A DNA stretch of 64,000 bases from Nitrospinales bacterium (GTDB lineage: Bacteria > Nitrospinota > Nitrospinia > Nitrospinales > VA-1): the NCBI GenBank assembly GCA_965223345.1, contig CBDCWG010000007.1, positions 288,001 to 352,000 on the forward strand. The letters are read 5' to 3'. The position numbers and the translations under genes are program-made. The notes below the pieces were generated by a model. It had not been told where the DNA came from and did no database searches. It worked only from the letters and a program-made list of their open reading frames with translations. Every line of letters starts with the position of its first letter. The stretch's first letter is position 1. Below, in pieces: positions 60,611 to 64,000 of this stretch.

Positions 60611-62581
60611 ATGCCCGAAATCGAAAAGCTCGTATCCATTCTCAAACGTCCGGACTGTCTCACGTTCGAATCCAGCAGCCACGCCGCCGAAGCGCTCAGC
60701 GCCTGTCAGGACACGCTCAAACACAGCGTCCTTGATGGGGCCAGCTATTGGCACGAAGGCGAGGAGCCGGGAGCGGCGACAACGCGGATCAAAATCTACC
60801 CCACCGGGCACAAGGCCTTTTACTCGCCGGAGGGGATGCGCTTTCTCACCACCGACCCGGAAGGCGAGCCGCTCAACGAAAGCGACTGGCAGCCCGGTGC
60901 GGACGGCGGGCAGCGGCTGGCGCGGGTGCGCATGCAGCTCGACTCGAAACAGTGGATCGGGCTGGTGCCGAAAGCCAAGTCGTTCAAGACTGAGATCGAC
61001 ATCAAGGGGCAGCCGGGCTGGCAGGAGATGGAGCTGGACGATCTGCGTAAAAAGGCCGCCGAGGCCTGGCGGGTGCCGTTTTCGGAGGTGAAGTACTTCT
61101 ACAACGACGACAACATCATACCCAAGGGCGAAGGCAAGTACGAGATCCACCTGACCAAGGACAGCCTGTACGCCCTGGGCGAGCCCGCTTTCGGCGACAA
61201 AAAGCTGTTCATGAGCTTTCTGTTCACGGTCAACTGGGAAAAGCTGGACCTGATTCCGGTGGTGGAGCTGTTCCAATCGACGCTGCCGGGAAGCGGCGGC
61301 GCGTGTTTCGAGTACATCTGGGGCCTGCACGAGGACCAGTCGCGCTCAATGAAGCTGGAGTCTTTGCGCTACCGGGGGCTGCCCACCTACCCCTCCAAGG
61401 AAGCCTTCAACATTTTCTGCGCGTTTTTCACGCCCCAGGCGCCGGAAGGCACGAAAACCTCCGACATCTACAAGATCTTCAACGATCCGGACACCTCGCA
61501 CCAGATCGAATGGAAGCCCAAACCCAATCCGCCCTGGCGTTACTTCAGCGCCTCGCACGAGCTGACGCTGACCATCCAGGATGGAAACCTGTACAAAGTC
61601 TCGGTGCACAACGATCCGGTGCCGATCCCGTTCGTCAACCGGGCGCTGGGCGGCAAACCCTCGTGCCAGCGCGAGCTGACGGTGCAGACCAACGCGTTCG
61701 AGCTGATCGACGGGCAGCGGGTGCGGGAGATCCCGTTTCACCCGGTCTGGCCCATCAAACCGCAGACCGATCCGCCGCGCCCGCCCGAAAAGGTGCCGTT
61801 CGACTGGAAATGGTTCTTCAACGGCTTCCCGCCGCAGGTGGACCCGGTGAAAGCGCTGTACACGGTGCCGTTTTATCCCGAGGGGGCGCAGGAGATCGAC
61901 GAGGCGTCGCTGCAGCCGATGGTGCTGGACCAGATCTTCTATTACATGGAAATGTCGCCGGGGATGCCGGCCAAGCTGGAAAAGGTCAAGAAGGTCCTCA
62001 TCCACACCTTCGACACGGTGATCGCGGGCTGTGTGGACTGCACGCACGAGCGGGAATACACGGTGCTGTTCAGCGATCCGGAATTCGCGCAGAAAAACGC
62101 CTGCCTGCTGTGGAACTACGGAGCCAAGCGCAACCAGCTGGACAATCTGAAAAAGGTCTCGTTCCTGCCGGAACGGGAAAACATCCAGGAGGTTTACAAG
62201 GAGAAGTACGGGCTGGTGTTCAAATGGATCCCGTTCATGTATTTCCAAGACCGCGACGCCTGCGAAAGCATGCTGCAGGCGCTGGTGAACATCCTGCTGC
62301 CGGAGGGCATCCTGTTTCTGGTGGCGCCCAAGCCGATTCAGGGGCTGTTCGCCCATTACGGCCTCGAATGCCTGTACAACGACCCCGTGGTCAACATGCC
62401 GTTCTTCAGACAGCACCTGAAGATGTGCCCGGAAAACTTCGTGAACCCGGAACTCGCGGTGTTCCTGGCCGAGAAGAAAGAGGTCTCCAAACCCGAGGAA
62501 GCCCCCCCTGCCCCGGCCGAAAAAGAGCTGCCCGGCGCACCGCGGCCGATGATCCGGGATTTCCAGCGAAAAATCAACTGA
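60611..62581 (+). CDS. Hypothetical protein (about 656 aa), possible degenerate C-terminal methyltransferase-like fold
   Basis: Long ORF with typical codon bias; C-term MLQALVNILLPEGILFL resembles a class I MTase motif, but no GxGxG. Confidence 0.8.
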   Translation: MPEIEKLVSILKRPDCLTFESSSHAAEALSACQDTLKHSVLDGASYWHEGEEPGAATTRIKIYPTGHKAFYSPEGMRFLTTDPEGEPLNESDWQPGADGGQRLARVRMQLDSKQWIGLVPKAKSFKTEIDIKGQPGWQEMELDDLRKKAAEAWRVPFSEVKYFYNDDNIIPKGEGKYEIHLTKDSLYALGEPAFGDKKLFMSFLFTVNWEKLDLIPVVELFQSTLPGSGGACFEYIWGLHEDQSRSMKLESLRYRGLPTYPSKEAFNIFCAFFTPQAPEGTKTSDIYKIFNDPDTSHQIEWKPKPNPPWRYFSASHELTLTIQDGNLYKVSVHNDPVPIPFVNRALGGKPSCQRELTVQTNAFELIDGQRVREIPFHPVWPIKPQTDPPRPPEKVPFDWKWFFNGFPPQVDPVKALYTVPFYPEGAQEIDEASLQPMVLDQIFYYMEMSPGMPAKLEKVKKVLIHTFDTVIAGCVDCTHEREYTVLFSDPEFAQKNACLLWNYGAKRNQLDNLKKVSFLPERENIQEVYKEKYGLVFKWIPFMYFQDRDACESMLQALVNILLPEGILFLVAPKPIQGLFAHYGLECLYNDPVVNMPFFRQHLKMCPENFVNPELAVFLAEKKEVSKPEEAPPAPAEKELPGAPRPMIRDFQRKIN

Positions 62582-62762
62582 CCGCAAGGACTTACCCCGC
62601 ATTGCCTCAGAACGGGGCTTTAAGAAATAACTTTAATAAAATCAGATAGTTAAAATAAGACGCTCTATTGAGTTCCAATGGGCGATCAAGTGCCCTGCCC
62701 CAAAAACGGTCCTCGGGCTTCTATCTCCGGGTGTCAATCGAGGGGAAAACGGGGTGGCAAAA

Positions 62763-64000
62763 CTACATCATGACTTCCGGCGCGAGTTCGCGGCTGGGCT
62801 CGGCGGTGTTTTTGACGTAAATGTCGGGCAGGCTGTTGGTGCCGAAATGGGTGATGTAGAGGAAGACGTGCTCGCGCGCGTTGATCCGGAGCGCCCAGGG
62901 GCCGAAATCGTTCTGGTAGAAGCTCTCGTAGCGCTGCATCGCCTCTTCGGTGGTCTGGCCGGATTCAGGGGTGTAGTAGTAATCCAGCGCCAGGTCGTGC
63001 TCGGGGATGTCCTTCACCTTGATCCCGTGCTCGTCGGCGGCGTTGAAGATGGGCGCGTTGTTGTAGAGCACGAAAAAGTACATCTCCACCGAGTGGATCA
63101 GGTCCTGATGATCGACGAGAAAGCGCCGGGTGTCATCGGCCTCTTCGGGCGTCTCGCTGGGAAAGCCGTAAAAGCCCATGACGTGGCTCCAGATCCCCAC
63201 CCGCCGCGCTTCGGTGAGGTTTTTGATCGCGGCCTTGATGTCGGTGTCTTTTTTGACCAGCTTGATGATGCGCTCGTTCGCCGATTCGAGGCCGAAGTAC
63301 AGCGAGCGGCAGCCGGATTCGGCGGCCCTGTCCCACAGTTCGGGCTCCAGCAGGCTCGATTCGAAACGGATCAGCGTGGTCCAGTAGATGTCGAGCTTGG
63401 CTTCGATCATCATGGGCGGCAGTTTGGCGAACAGCGCCGGGGGAAACGACTCATCGGTGAACAGGAAATGCCTGGCCTGGTATTTGTCTCTCAGCTGGCC
63501 CAGTTCGCGCACGATCTGGTCGGCGTGCTTGGCGCGGAACTGGTCGATGTAGCCCGCGCCGTGGTCGCAGAAGGTGCACTTGCCCCAGTAGCAGCCGCGC
63601 GTGCCCAGGTAGGGAACGATCTTTTCCGGTGCGAAGTACTTATCCCAGGGCAGCCCGTCGAAATCGGGAACCGGCAGCTCGCTCACGCGCTCCTGGTGCA
63701 ATTCGTTGACGTGCAGCTGGCCGGCCTCGTCCTTGTAGATGAGGTTGGGCACTTCGGATATGGGCCGTCTTCCGGACAGCGCTTCCACCAGCCGCACCAT
63801 CGCGTGCTCGCCTTCGTAGGTGATCATCGAGTCGAAGGCGTTGCCCCAGAATTTCTCCTGCTTCGGCATCTGCTCCTTGAGACGGGTGATGACATTGCCT
63901 CCCACCGTCACGTGAATGTGCGGATAGTGTTTCTTGATGAGGGTGGAAAAGGTGATGCCGGACATCAGCTGCACCGGGGTGCCGATGGAGATGCCGATGA
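62763..64000 (-). CDS. B12-binding radical SAM protein (5' end outside window)
   Basis: TVGGN, YEGE, RGCYWGKCTFC, FTDE, FGLES, GFPSET. Confidence 0.9.
   Translation of the reverse strand, partial: IGISIGTPVQLMSGITFSTLIKKHYPHIHVTVGGNVITRLKEQMPKQEKFWGNAFDSMITYEGEHAMVRLVEALSGRRPISEVPNLIYKDEAGQLHVNELHQERVSELPVPDFDGLPWDKYFAPEKIVPYLGTRGCYWGKCTFCDHGAGYIDQFRAKHADQIVRELGQLRDKYQARHFLFTDESFPPALFAKLPPMMIEAKLDIYWTTLIRFESSLLEPELWDRAAESGCRSLYFGLESANERIIKLVKKDTDIKAAIKNLTEARRVGIWSHVMGFYGFPSETPEEADDTRRFLVDHQDLIHSVEMYFFVLYNNAPIFNAADEHGIKVKDIPEHDLALDYYYTPESGQTTEEAMQRYESFYQNDFGPWALRINAREHVFLYITHFGTNSLPDIYVKNTAEPSRELAPEVMM

Overview
High-GC chromosomal window from a Nitrospina-like nitrite oxidiser (Nitrospinota, inferred from the nxrA/nxrB type). 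It holds mostly housekeeping genes (greA, trmB, purN, lolA, rseP, proS, rimP-nusA-infB-DUF503-rbfA-truB-rpsO-pnp, surE, 2-Cys peroxiredoxin, bioD) and a periplasmic nitrite oxidoreductase locus on the minus strand: HExxH/Cys4 hypothetical, nxrA, nxrB, TorD-like chaperone, soluble heme-b nxrC. Unusual items: (1) a receiver/degenerate AAA+/HTH regulator fused in frame to an intact LpxC; (2) an uncharacterised zincin-motif gene with a consensus promoter and palindrome heading the nxr cluster; (3) a PEP mutase-nucleotidyltransferase fusion with no other phosphonate genes nearby; (4) an Fe-S carrier cluster (BolA, Grx4, IscA, YgfZ-TPR) containing a BCP peroxiredoxin that lacks its peroxidatic Cys; (5) an OmpR-type system divergent from a desaturase, with a visible direct-repeat box; (6) bioD frameshifted in an A7 run; (7) structured RNA leaders (rimP, rpsO, nxrA) and REP-like palindromes, some bordering a low-GC Sel1 gene. 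No rRNA, tRNA, CRISPR array, transposase or integrase was seen. All calls are from motif reading; no database searches were run.
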